Made by a program: the position numbers and the translations under genes | The notes under the pieces: model-generated | Databases searched by the model: none | What the model was told of the DNA's origin: nothing | Seen by the model: the letters and a program-made list of their open reading frames with translations, nothing else | Shown here: piece after piece, positions 37,294 to 45,442 of the stretch | Layout: each line of letters opens with the position of its first letter | Position numbering within the stretch: the stretch's first letter is position 1 | Assembly: GCA_050287605.1 (NCBI GenBank) | Contig: JBNKCG010000026.1 | Coordinates: forward strand, 76,123 to 140,122 | DNA length: 64,000 nucleotides | Source: Gammaproteobacteria bacterium | Lineage (GTDB): Bacteria > Pseudomonadota > Gammaproteobacteria > QQUJ01 | Direction: 5' to 3'

Positions 37294-40038
37294 ATGAGTA
37301 TTGAATTCACCCTCGACGGCCAGCGCGTCACCGCGCAGGCCGGCGAAACCCTTCTCCAGGTCGCCCAGCGCCTGGGCACCGCCATTCCCCACCTCTGCTA
37401 CCGCGAGGGTCTGCGCGCCGACGGCAACTGCCGCGCCTGCATGGTGGAGATCGAGGGCGAGCGGGTGCTGGCCCCCTCCTGCCGCCGCCAGCCCGCCCCC
37501 GGCATGGTGGTGCACAGCGCCAACGAGCGCGCGCGCCGCGCCCAGCGCACCGTGGTGGAGCTGCTGCTCAGCGACCTGCCGCCCGAGCGGCCCGAAAGCT
37601 GGGGCGAGGTGGGCTACTGGGCGCACCAGCTCGATCTTGAAACCGGCCGATTCCCGCCGCGCGAACAGCCGGCGGCCGACGTTTCGCACCCGGCCATCGA
37701 CGTCAATCTCGATGCCTGCATCCAGTGCACGCGCTGCCTGCGCGCCTGCCGCGAAGTGCAGGTCAACGACGTCATCGGCTTCGCCCGCCGCGGCGCCCAC
37801 ACCCGCGTGGTCTTCGACATGGAAGACCCCATGGGCCACAGCTCCTGCGTCGGCTGCGGCGAGTGCGTGCAGGCCTGTCCCACCGGTGCGCTGCGCCCGG
37901 CCACGCTACGCGACGCCGTACCCGCGGCCCGAGCGGTGGATTCGGTCTGCCCCTACTGCGGCGTCGGCTGCCAGCTCACCTTTCACGTCGCCGACGAGCG
38001 CATCGTCGCCATGGAGGGGCGCGACGGCCCCTCCAACCGCGGGGGACGGCTGTGCATCAAGGGCCGCTTCGGCCAGGACTACGTACGCCATCCGCAGCGC
38101 CTCACCCAGCCGCTGATCCGCCGTACCGACGCACCCAAGAACCCGCGCCTGGCGGTGGACCCCGCCGATCCCTCCGCCGTGTTTCGCGAGGCCACCTGGG
38201 AGGAGGCGCTGGCGGTGGCGGCGCAAGGTTTCCTGCGCATCCGTTCCGACCACGGTCCCGGGGCGCTGGCCGGTTTCGGCTCGGCCAAAGGCAGCAACGA
38301 AGAGGCCTATCTGTTCCAGAAGCTGGTGCGCACCGGCTTCGGCACCAACAACGTCGATCACTGCACGCGACTGTGCCACGCCTCTTCCGTAGCAGCGCTG
38401 CTGGAGGGGCTGGGCTCGGGTGCGGTCTCCAACCCCGTGGCCGACGTGCAATACGCCGACGTGATCGTGGTGATCGGCGCCAACCCCACCGTCAACCACC
38501 CGGTGGCGGCCACCTTCATCAAGAACGCCGTCGAGCGCGGCGCCACGCTGATCGTGATGGACCCGCGCGAGACGGAGCTGGCGCGCCACGCCGAACACTT
38601 CCTGCAATTCCACCCCGACACCGACGTGGCGCTGCTCAACGCCCTGCTCCACACCATCGTCGAAGAGGAGCTGTTCGACACCGAATTCATCGCCCGGCGC
38701 ACCCACGGATTCGACGAGCTGCGTGCCCACCTCGCCCCCTACTCGCCGGAGGCGATGGCGCCCATCTGCGGCATCCCCGCCGAGACGCTGCGCACCGTTG
38801 CGCGCCGTTACGCCACGTCCAAGGGCTCGATGATCCTGTGGGGCATGGGCATCAGCCAGCACGTGCACGGCACCGACAACGCCCGCTGCCTGATCGCCCT
38901 GGCGCTGATCACCGGGCAGATCGGCCGGCGCGGCACCGGGTTGCATCCGCTGCGCGGCCAGAACAACGTTCAGGGCGCCTCCGACGCCGGCCTCATCCCC
39001 ATGGTCTTCCCCGATTATCAGCGGGTGGACGATGCGCAGGCGCGCGAGCACTTCGAGGCCTTGTGGGGCACCCCGCTCGATCCCAACCCCGGGCTTACGG
39101 TGGTGGAGATCCTCAACGCGGCACGCGACAAAACCATCCGCGGCATGTACGTGATGGGGGAGAACCCGGCCATGTCCGACCCCGATGCCGCCCACGCCCG
39201 CGAGGCCCTGGCCAGTCTCGAACACTTGGTGGTGCAGGACATCTTTCTCACCGAAACCGCCTACCTCGCCGACGTCGTGCTGCCCGCCTCGGCCTTCGCC
39301 GAGAAGAGCGGCACCTTCACCAACACCGACCGCCGCGTACAGTTGGGACGCCCCGCCCTGGCCCCGCCCGGCGCGGCGCGCCAGGACTTGTGGATCATCC
39401 AGGAACTGGCCCGACGGCTGGATCTGAAATGGGACTACGCCGACGCCGAGGCGGTGTTCGCCGAGCTGCGTCAGGCCATGCCCAGCATCGCTGGCATCAC
39501 CTGGCAACGGTTGGAGGCGCAATCGTCGGTGACCTACCCCTGCCGCCAGGAAGGCGATCCCGGCGACGAGGTGATCTTCATCGACGCCTTCCCCACCGCC
39601 GACGGGCGCGGCCGCTTGGTGCCCGCCGCGCTGTGCGGCGACGAAGAGCGACCCGACGACGCCTATCCCAACGTGCTGATCACCGGGCGCATCCTGGAGC
39701 ACTGGCACACCGGCTCCATGACCCGGCGCGCGGCGGTGCTCGACGCCGTGCAGCCGCGCCCCGAGGTGAGCGTCCATCCCGACGATCTGGCCGCACTGCA
39801 GAGCGGCGACGGCGAGCTGATTACGGTGGAGTCGCGGCGCGGCGCGATCACCGCCCACGCGCGCAGCGACCGCGGCGTCCCGCGCGGAACGGTATTCATG
39901 CCGTTCTGCTACTACGAGGCGGCGGCCAACGTGTTGACCAGCCCGGCACTGGACCCGGTGGCCAAGATCCCGGAGTTCAAATACTCCGCCGTGCGGCTGC
40001 GGCGCGGCGAACAGCCTCCGGCCGGCGCCGGGTACTGA
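37294..40038 (+). CDS. fdhF: Formate dehydrogenase alpha subunit (Cys-type)
   Basis: N-terminal 2Fe-2S and 4Fe-4S motifs (CIQCTRC, CVGCGECVQACP), CPYCGVGC, DHCTRLCHASS, PLRGQNNVQG, HWHTGSMT, PEFKYSAV. Confidence 0.95.
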   Translation: MSIEFTLDGQRVTAQAGETLLQVAQRLGTAIPHLCYREGLRADGNCRACMVEIEGERVLAPSCRRQPAPGMVVHSANERARRAQRTVVELLLSDLPPERPESWGEVGYWAHQLDLETGRFPPREQPAADVSHPAIDVNLDACIQCTRCLRACREVQVNDVIGFARRGAHTRVVFDMEDPMGHSSCVGCGECVQACPTGALRPATLRDAVPAARAVDSVCPYCGVGCQLTFHVADERIVAMEGRDGPSNRGGRLCIKGRFGQDYVRHPQRLTQPLIRRTDAPKNPRLAVDPADPSAVFREATWEEALAVAAQGFLRIRSDHGPGALAGFGSAKGSNEEAYLFQKLVRTGFGTNNVDHCTRLCHASSVAALLEGLGSGAVSNPVADVQYADVIVVIGANPTVNHPVAATFIKNAVERGATLIVMDPRETELARHAEHFLQFHPDTDVALLNALLHTIVEEELFDTEFIARRTHGFDELRAHLAPYSPEAMAPICGIPAETLRTVARRYATSKGSMILWGMGISQHVHGTDNARCLIALALITGQIGRRGTGLHPLRGQNNVQGASDAGLIPMVFPDYQRVDDAQAREHFEALWGTPLDPNPGLTVVEILNAARDKTIRGMYVMGENPAMSDPDAAHAREALASLEHLVVQDIFLTETAYLADVVLPASAFAEKSGTFTNTDRRVQLGRPALAPPGAARQDLWIIQELARRLDLKWDYADAEAVFAELRQAMPSIAGITWQRLEAQSSVTYPCRQEGDPGDEVIFIDAFPTADGRGRLVPAALCGDEERPDDAYPNVLITGRILEHWHTGSMTRRAAVLDAVQPRPEVSVHPDDLAALQSGDGELITVESRRGAITAHARSDRGVPRGTVFMPFCYYEAAANVLTSPALDPVAKIPEFKYSAVRLRRGEQPPAGAGY

Positions 40039-40050
40039 CCCGGGTCGGTT

Positions 40051-41244
40051 ATGGCGCTGATCGACTCCGGCCCCCTTCAGGGTTTCTACCGCCCCGACTA
40101 CCACGGCGCCAGCCTGGTGGACCTGATGGCCAGCGTGATCCGCGCTCGCGGCGGGCAATCGGCACACACCGGACTCGGCACGGAATTCGAGCAACGGCTC
40201 GGTGCGGCACGCCACGTGGTACTGCTGGTGATCGACGGCCTGGGTCTGGCGCAGCGCGGGCACTACCTGGCAGCGGGTGCCGGGAACGGGTTTTTGGCGC
40301 AACGCCCCGAACGCGAACTCTCCAGCGTCTTTCCCGCCACCACCGCCGCCGCGGTTACCACACTGATGACCGGCGCCAGCCCCGCCGAACACGGCATCCT
40401 GGGCTGGTTCCTCAACCTGCACGATCTGGGGGTGGTGAGCGCCATCCTGCCCGCCATCAGCCGCACCGACATGCCCATCTTCGACGCCGCGTTCCCGCTG
40501 GCCGATTACCTGGCCATCCCGCGCCCGATCGAATCCATGGCCGGGCCCCGCATCGCGCTCACCCACCGCTTCATCCTCGAAAGCCGTTTCTCCAACGCTG
40601 CCGCCGGCTGGAGCGAAACCCATGCCGTCGAGAGTCTCGCCACGCTGGAAGAGGCACTGACCCGGTTGGTCCAACGTCCCGACCCCACCTACTGCTACGG
40701 CTACTGGCCGGGGTTCGACGCGCTGAGCCACGAGTTCGGCCCAACCTCGGAACAGGCCTTGAAGCACCTGGGGGAGATCGACGCATTGCTGGGCCGGTTG
40801 CAGGAAGCGCTACGATCGCACGGCGCCGCCCTGCTGGTCACCGCGGACCACGGTTTCGTCGCCACCCCGCCGGAACAGCATGTGGATCTCAGCGCCATAA
40901 ACGGCCTCTACGACGATCTCGCCACCCTGCCCTCCGGCGACTCGCGCGCCGTCTCGCTGTTCGTGCGCCCTGCCCGCCTAGCCGCACTGCATGAGCGGTT
41001 GCGGGACTTCGGCGACCGCTTCGCGGTGGTTGAGGGCGAGGCCTTATTCGAGGCCGGCGTGTTCGGCCCCGGCGATCACCACCCCGCCCTGTACGGCCGG
41101 GTGGGCGACCTCGTTCTGCTGGCCCGCGGGGCGTGTTCGCTCAGCGCACCGCCGCGCGGGCGCCCGCCCCACCGCGTACCCGGCAGCCACGGCGGCATGA
41201 CCGAACCGGAGATGCGTATCCCGCTGTTTCACGCGGGTCCATAA
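40051..41244 (+). CDS. Alkaline-phosphatase-superfamily (nucleotide pyrophosphatase / type I phosphodiesterase) protein
   Basis: LLVIDGLG, SVFPATTAAAVTT, FDALSHEFGP, VTADHG, GSHGG. Confidence 0.85.
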   Translation: MALIDSGPLQGFYRPDYHGASLVDLMASVIRARGGQSAHTGLGTEFEQRLGAARHVVLLVIDGLGLAQRGHYLAAGAGNGFLAQRPERELSSVFPATTAAAVTTLMTGASPAEHGILGWFLNLHDLGVVSAILPAISRTDMPIFDAAFPLADYLAIPRPIESMAGPRIALTHRFILESRFSNAAAGWSETHAVESLATLEEALTRLVQRPDPTYCYGYWPGFDALSHEFGPTSEQALKHLGEIDALLGRLQEALRSHGAALLVTADHGFVATPPEQHVDLSAINGLYDDLATLPSGDSRAVSLFVRPARLAALHERLRDFGDRFAVVEGEALFEAGVFGPGDHHPALYGRVGDLVLLARGACSLSAPPRGRPPHRVPGSHGGMTEPEMRIPLFHAGP

Positions 41245-41357
41245 AACAGCGGCCGCCTCCAACGGAGAACGGCCGCCTCGTATCTGAGTCACCCTCTGCG
41301 CCGCCAATCCGGCTGTCGCAGGGCAACCCACACGTCACACACCCCACCGGGGAGCGA

Positions 41358-41915
41358 TCAGTTGGGGATCACCACCGTGTCGATGACGTGGATGATGCCG
41401 TTGCCGGTGGCGATATCCGTCTTGATGATGTTGGCACCGTCGACCTTCGCCCCGCTCGCCGAACTACCCACCGTCAGCATCGAGCCCTGCACCGTCTTGA
41501 GCTGGTTCATGCCCACCACCGCCTTGGCCTCCAAGCGCCCCGGTACCACGTGGTAGGTCAGGATCTGGGACAGCTTTTCCTTGTCGGCCAGCAGCGCCTC
41601 GACGGTGCCCGCCGGCAGTTTGGCAAAGGCTTCGTCCGTGGGGGCAAACACGGTGAACGGTCCAGGCCCCTTCAACACCTCCACCAACCCCGCCGCCTTG
41701 ACCGCGGCAACCAGGGTATTGAAGGAACCCGCCGCAACGGCGGCGTCCACGACATCGGCGTGCATTTCAACGGCACCTGTCTTGACCGTACCGTATTCGT
41801 GGTACGACTTCATGTTTCCGCCGGCCTGCGCCGGCGCGGAGATGGCCGCCGCGACCAACAGGCCTGCACCGGCAACCGTCGACAACGAAGTTTTGCGTTC
41901 GAATAACTTGACCAT
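41358..41915 (-). CDS. Secreted fasciclin (FAS1) domain protein
   Basis: Signal peptide; [42 protein letters not shown]; RBS GAGGAG. Confidence 0.95.
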   Translation of the reverse strand: MVKLFERKTSLSTVAGAGLLVAAAISAPAQAGGNMKSYHEYGTVKTGAVEMHADVVDAAVAAGSFNTLVAAVKAAGLVEVLKGPGPFTVFAPTDEAFAKLPAGTVEALLADKEKLSQILTYHVVPGRLEAKAVVGMNQLKTVQGSMLTVGSSASGAKVDGANIIKTDIATGNGIIHVIDTVVIPN

Positions 41916-41986
41916 TTTACGTCTCCTCAAAGTCTTTGGATCACACTTGGATTACTGTCGTCTCGGTTTGAAACAGCTGCAGTCAA

Positions 41987-42027
41987 ACCTTGGACATAAG
42001 TTATACATTACTTGTACAGATTGTCAA
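41987..42027. promoter_or_regulatory. Three tandem 11-bp CarH-type direct repeats overlapping a minus-strand TTGACA-16-TATAAC promoter for the fasciclin gene
   Basis: acctTGGACAt-aagtTATACAt-tactTGTACAg at 41987/41998/42009; -35 at 42022-42027 and -10 at 42000-42005 on the minus strand. Confidence 0.8.
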
Positions 42028-42151
42028 TACCATACTAAATAAATTGGGTAATAACCGCCTATTACCTGACATATTACACTGATATCATGGCATTAGTCGT
42101 CAGTTACTATTGATACAAACATTGTGCAATTTGTAAAATCAGCGCTCAGTA

Positions 42152-42179
42152 TTGACGGAAAAGATAATTCTTGTATAAC
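42152..42179 (+). promoter_or_regulatory. Sigma-70 promoter for carH-phrB (TTGACG-16-TATAAC)
   Basis: ttgacg-gaaaagataattcttg-tataac, about 28 nt upstream of ATG 42208. Confidence 0.65.
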
Positions 42180-42207
42180 TTTCATAACCCCTTATGCCGA
42201 GCACCCC

Positions 42208-43134
42208 ATGAATGCCACACCGGCCGTTGATGACGTCGATGACCTGAGCGAACGCGGGCTCTATCCCATTCGCACCGTTTCTACCCTCACCGGCGTCAAC
42301 TCGGTCACCCTGCGGGCCTGGGAGCGGCGCTACGCGCTGATCCAGCCACGGCGTACGGCGAAAGGTCATCGCCTCTACACGCAGCAGGACATCGATCGCA
42401 TCAACAGCATCCTGCAACTGCTGGACAGGGGCATACCCATCAGCCAGGTCAAACACCGCCTAACGGGCAACGCGCGGACCGGCGCCGCAGCCCAGGAGGC
42501 GGGACCTTGGGAGCAGTTCCAGCAACGCATGCTCAACGCGGTGGTGCGATTCGACGAAAGCGCCCTGAGCGAGATCTACAACGAAGCGCTCTCCATCTAC
42601 CCCATCGACCGGGTAACCCAGCGATTGATCATTCCGCTGCTGCGCACCCTGGGCGAACGGTGGGCATCCACCGAGGGCAGCGTGGCCGAGGAGCACCTTT
42701 TCGGCAGTTTCCTGCGCAACAAACTGGGCGCACGCTTTCACCACCAAGGGCGTCGCAACCACGGGCCCAGGCTGGTAGCGGCCTGCCTGCCGGGAGAACA
42801 CCACGAAGTGGGATTGCTGCTGTTCTGCCTCGCCGCGCTGGAGCACGACTATCAGATCGTGCTCCTGGGTGCCGACCTCCCCCTGGAGGAGCTGCCTACG
42901 GTCGTGCAACGCACCGCAGCCAGTGCCATCGTTCTGTCCGGATCCATGACCGTTCTGCCCACTGCACTGCAAGAGGGACTGACACGGCTGATGCAGCAGA
43001 TCGACGTACCGGTGCTCATCGGCGGGGAGACATCCATCGCGCATCACGACGCCATCGTGCGCGCGGGCGCCGTCCCGGTGGGCAACGACATCGCCCACGC
43101 GCTCCGCCAACTGGACGGACTGGCGGGGGCCTGA
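42208..43134 (+). CDS. Cobalamin-dependent photoreceptor/repressor of the CarH/LitR type (MerR HTH + B12-binding domain)
   Basis: MerR HTH (TLRAWERRY..PRRTAKGHRLY), W-x9-EH motif (WASTEGSVAEEH), ExHxxG motif (EHHEVG), LGADLP. Confidence 0.9.
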   Translation: MNATPAVDDVDDLSERGLYPIRTVSTLTGVNSVTLRAWERRYALIQPRRTAKGHRLYTQQDIDRINSILQLLDRGIPISQVKHRLTGNARTGAAAQEAGPWEQFQQRMLNAVVRFDESALSEIYNEALSIYPIDRVTQRLIIPLLRTLGERWASTEGSVAEEHLFGSFLRNKLGARFHHQGRRNHGPRLVAACLPGEHHEVGLLLFCLAALEHDYQIVLLGADLPLEELPTVVQRTAASAIVLSGSMTVLPTALQEGLTRLMQQIDVPVLIGGETSIAHHDAIVRAGAVPVGNDIAHALRQLDGLAGA

Positions 43135-43161
43135 CACCCCAGCCACGACGCCCCGAGCACC

Positions 43162-44607
43162 GTGTCCACAGCCATCGTCTGGTTTCGCCGCGACCTGCGA
43201 CTCGCGGATCACGCACCACTGCGCGCAGCATTGCGCGAGTCGGATAGCCTGGTACCGGTCTACGTCCACGACCCCCGTTGCGACGGATCGTGGGCGGCGG
43301 GAAGCGCATCGCGCTGGTGGTTGCATCACAGCCTGGAATCGTTGGATGCACAGCTGCGGCACCGGGGGTCACGCCTCGTCGTGCGCAGCGGAGACAGCGT
43401 GGAAAGCCTCGTCACCCTGGCCCAACAAACCGGCGCGACCCGCCTCTACTACCACAGCGTTCCCGAGCCGACGCAGGTGGCCCTGGAGCAGCGCATCACC
43501 GCACGGCTATCAGCCCTGGGTATCGCAGTTCACCGTTTTCGCGCAGCACTGCTCCACGATCCGGAGCGACTGCGCAGCGGAAGCGGCACCCCCTATCGCG
43601 TCTTTACGGCCTTCTGGACGGCCTGCCGACAGCTGCCGTCGCCCGGACGCCCGCTACCGGCACCGCGACAAGTACAGCCACTCCCGTCCGTCCTCGACAC
43701 AGCGTCCATTTCCAGCCTGGATCTGCTGCCGCGGACCCGATGGGATGGCGGTCTTGCAGACACCTGGCAACCGGGAGAACCGCAGGCGCTGCGGCTACTG
43801 AACACCTTTGCGGCATCCACCGTCGCCGGGTACCCCGACACCCGCGACACCCCGGCAGCCGCCGGCACCTCGCGGCTCTCCGCAGCACTGCACTTCGGCG
43901 AAATCACGCCGCGCCAAGCATTCGAATGCGTCCAAACCAGCGACGCCACACCCAGCGGCGCAGCGCAATCCTATCTGCGTCAGTTGGGCTGGCGGGAATT
44001 TGCCCACTACCTGCTGCACCACTTTCCGCACACCCCGGATCAGCCGTTGAACCCGCGTTTCCGCCATTTTCCCTGGCGCAAGCGGCACGACGACCTACTG
44101 AACGCCTGGCAGCGCGGCGCGACGGGGATCCCTCTGGTGGATGCCGGCATGCGCGAGCTGTGGCAGACCGGCGGGATGCACAACCGTCTACGCATGGTGA
44201 CAGCCTCGTTTCTCACCAAGAACCTGCGCATCCCCTGGCAGGCGGGCGCGCGCTGGTTCTGGGACACGCTGGTGGATGCCGACCTCGCCAACAACACCCT
44301 GGGCTGGCAATGGGTGGCCGGCTGCGGGGCCGACGCCGCCCCCTATTTCAGGATTTTCAATCCGGTGTTGCAGGGGATGAAATTCGACGCGGAAGGACGT
44401 TACGTGCGCCACTGGGTGCCGGAACTCGCCGCCCTGCCGGACCGTTGGCTGCACCGGCCGTGGAAGGCGTCGCAGAGGGTACTCGAATCAGCGGGTGTCA
44501 CGCTGGGGAGCGACTACCCACGGCCGGTGGTCGATCTGGCCGTCACCCGGCGTGAAGCCCTGATGGCCTACGATCGCATCCGGCAACCCCCGGTGCAGCG
44601 AACATGA
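43162..44607 (+). CDS. phrB: Class I CPD photolyase
   Basis: VWFRRDLRLAD, TSRLSAALHFGEI, WREF, TGIPLVDAGMRELWQTGGMHNRLRM, DADLANN, APYFRIFNP. Confidence 0.96.
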   Translation: MSTAIVWFRRDLRLADHAPLRAALRESDSLVPVYVHDPRCDGSWAAGSASRWWLHHSLESLDAQLRHRGSRLVVRSGDSVESLVTLAQQTGATRLYYHSVPEPTQVALEQRITARLSALGIAVHRFRAALLHDPERLRSGSGTPYRVFTAFWTACRQLPSPGRPLPAPRQVQPLPSVLDTASISSLDLLPRTRWDGGLADTWQPGEPQALRLLNTFAASTVAGYPDTRDTPAAAGTSRLSAALHFGEITPRQAFECVQTSDATPSGAAQSYLRQLGWREFAHYLLHHFPHTPDQPLNPRFRHFPWRKRHDDLLNAWQRGATGIPLVDAGMRELWQTGGMHNRLRMVTASFLTKNLRIPWQAGARWFWDTLVDADLANNTLGWQWVAGCGADAAPYFRIFNPVLQGMKFDAEGRYVRHWVPELAALPDRWLHRPWKASQRVLESAGVTLGSDYPRPVVDLAVTRREALMAYDRIRQPPVQRT

Positions 44608-45353
44608 CCTCCCTGCGCTACATGGGGGCCATCGTGCTGCTGGTCACGCTTGCGCCGCTACTGGCATTGCAGGGCCGGTACCTGCGCCGCCACGCCGTGC
44701 GTCTGCCGCCGGCCCGGGGCGAGCGCAACGGCATCGAACCGGGTGGACCGCCAGCCCTCGACCTCCTGGTCTTGGGCGAATCCACCGCCGCGGGGGTGGG
44801 TGTGTCCACCCATCGCGAATCCCTCGTCGGCCAGACGGCCATCGCCTTGGGCAGGCAACTGCAACGCGAAATCCGCTGGGAGGTCGCCGGTCTCAACGGC
44901 CTGACCGCGGGGCGCGCTGCAGCGACGCTGTTCCCCTGGGTCGAGCGACGCCGAGCAACCGTCGCGGTGCTGGCACTGGGCGTCAACGACACCCTGGCGC
45001 TGCGCACGCCACGGCACTGGCTGGCGCAGCTACGAGCGCTGATCGAGGGCGTACACGTCGAATTTCAACCGCAGCTCGTCGTGGTCTGCGCCATCCCACC
45101 GGTGGGCCGCTTCCCCGCCATCCCCCGTCCGCTGCGGACGTTGTTCGGGCTGGTGGCAGGTAGTCTGGACGCGGCGACCCGCGCGGCGTTGCGCGACCGC
45201 GGCGATATCCTGTACGTGCCCCTGCCCAGGGAGCTGCAAAGCAACCCCGAGTACATGGGCAGTGATGGGTTTCATCCGTCGGCAGCGGGGTACGCGGTGT
45301 GGGGTGGTCTGCTGGCCCGAGCCATCGCGGACCACGAGGTCAAAGTAAACTAG
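44604..45353 (+). CDS. SGNH/GDSL hydrolase
   Basis: LGESTAAG, LGVNDT, DGFHPS; ATGA overlap with the phrB stop. Confidence 0.88.
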   Translation: MTSLRYMGAIVLLVTLAPLLALQGRYLRRHAVRLPPARGERNGIEPGGPPALDLLVLGESTAAGVGVSTHRESLVGQTAIALGRQLQREIRWEVAGLNGLTAGRAAATLFPWVERRRATVAVLALGVNDTLALRTPRHWLAQLRALIEGVHVEFQPQLVVVCAIPPVGRFPAIPRPLRTLFGLVAGSLDAATRAALRDRGDILYVPLPRELQSNPEYMGSDGFHPSAAGYAVWGGLLARAIADHEVKVN

Positions 45354-45442
45354 GTCGCTTCCCCACAAGGATTCGGTACACGTAAAAACGGCGCACCGGT
45401 GGTCTCCGGTACGCCGCTATCGGGTGGGCGGATCTCCCCGCT

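Noticed and set aside
37294-40038. Selenocysteine recoding in FDH
   Set aside because: The active-site residue is an ordinary Cys (RLCH) and the frame has no internal TGA.
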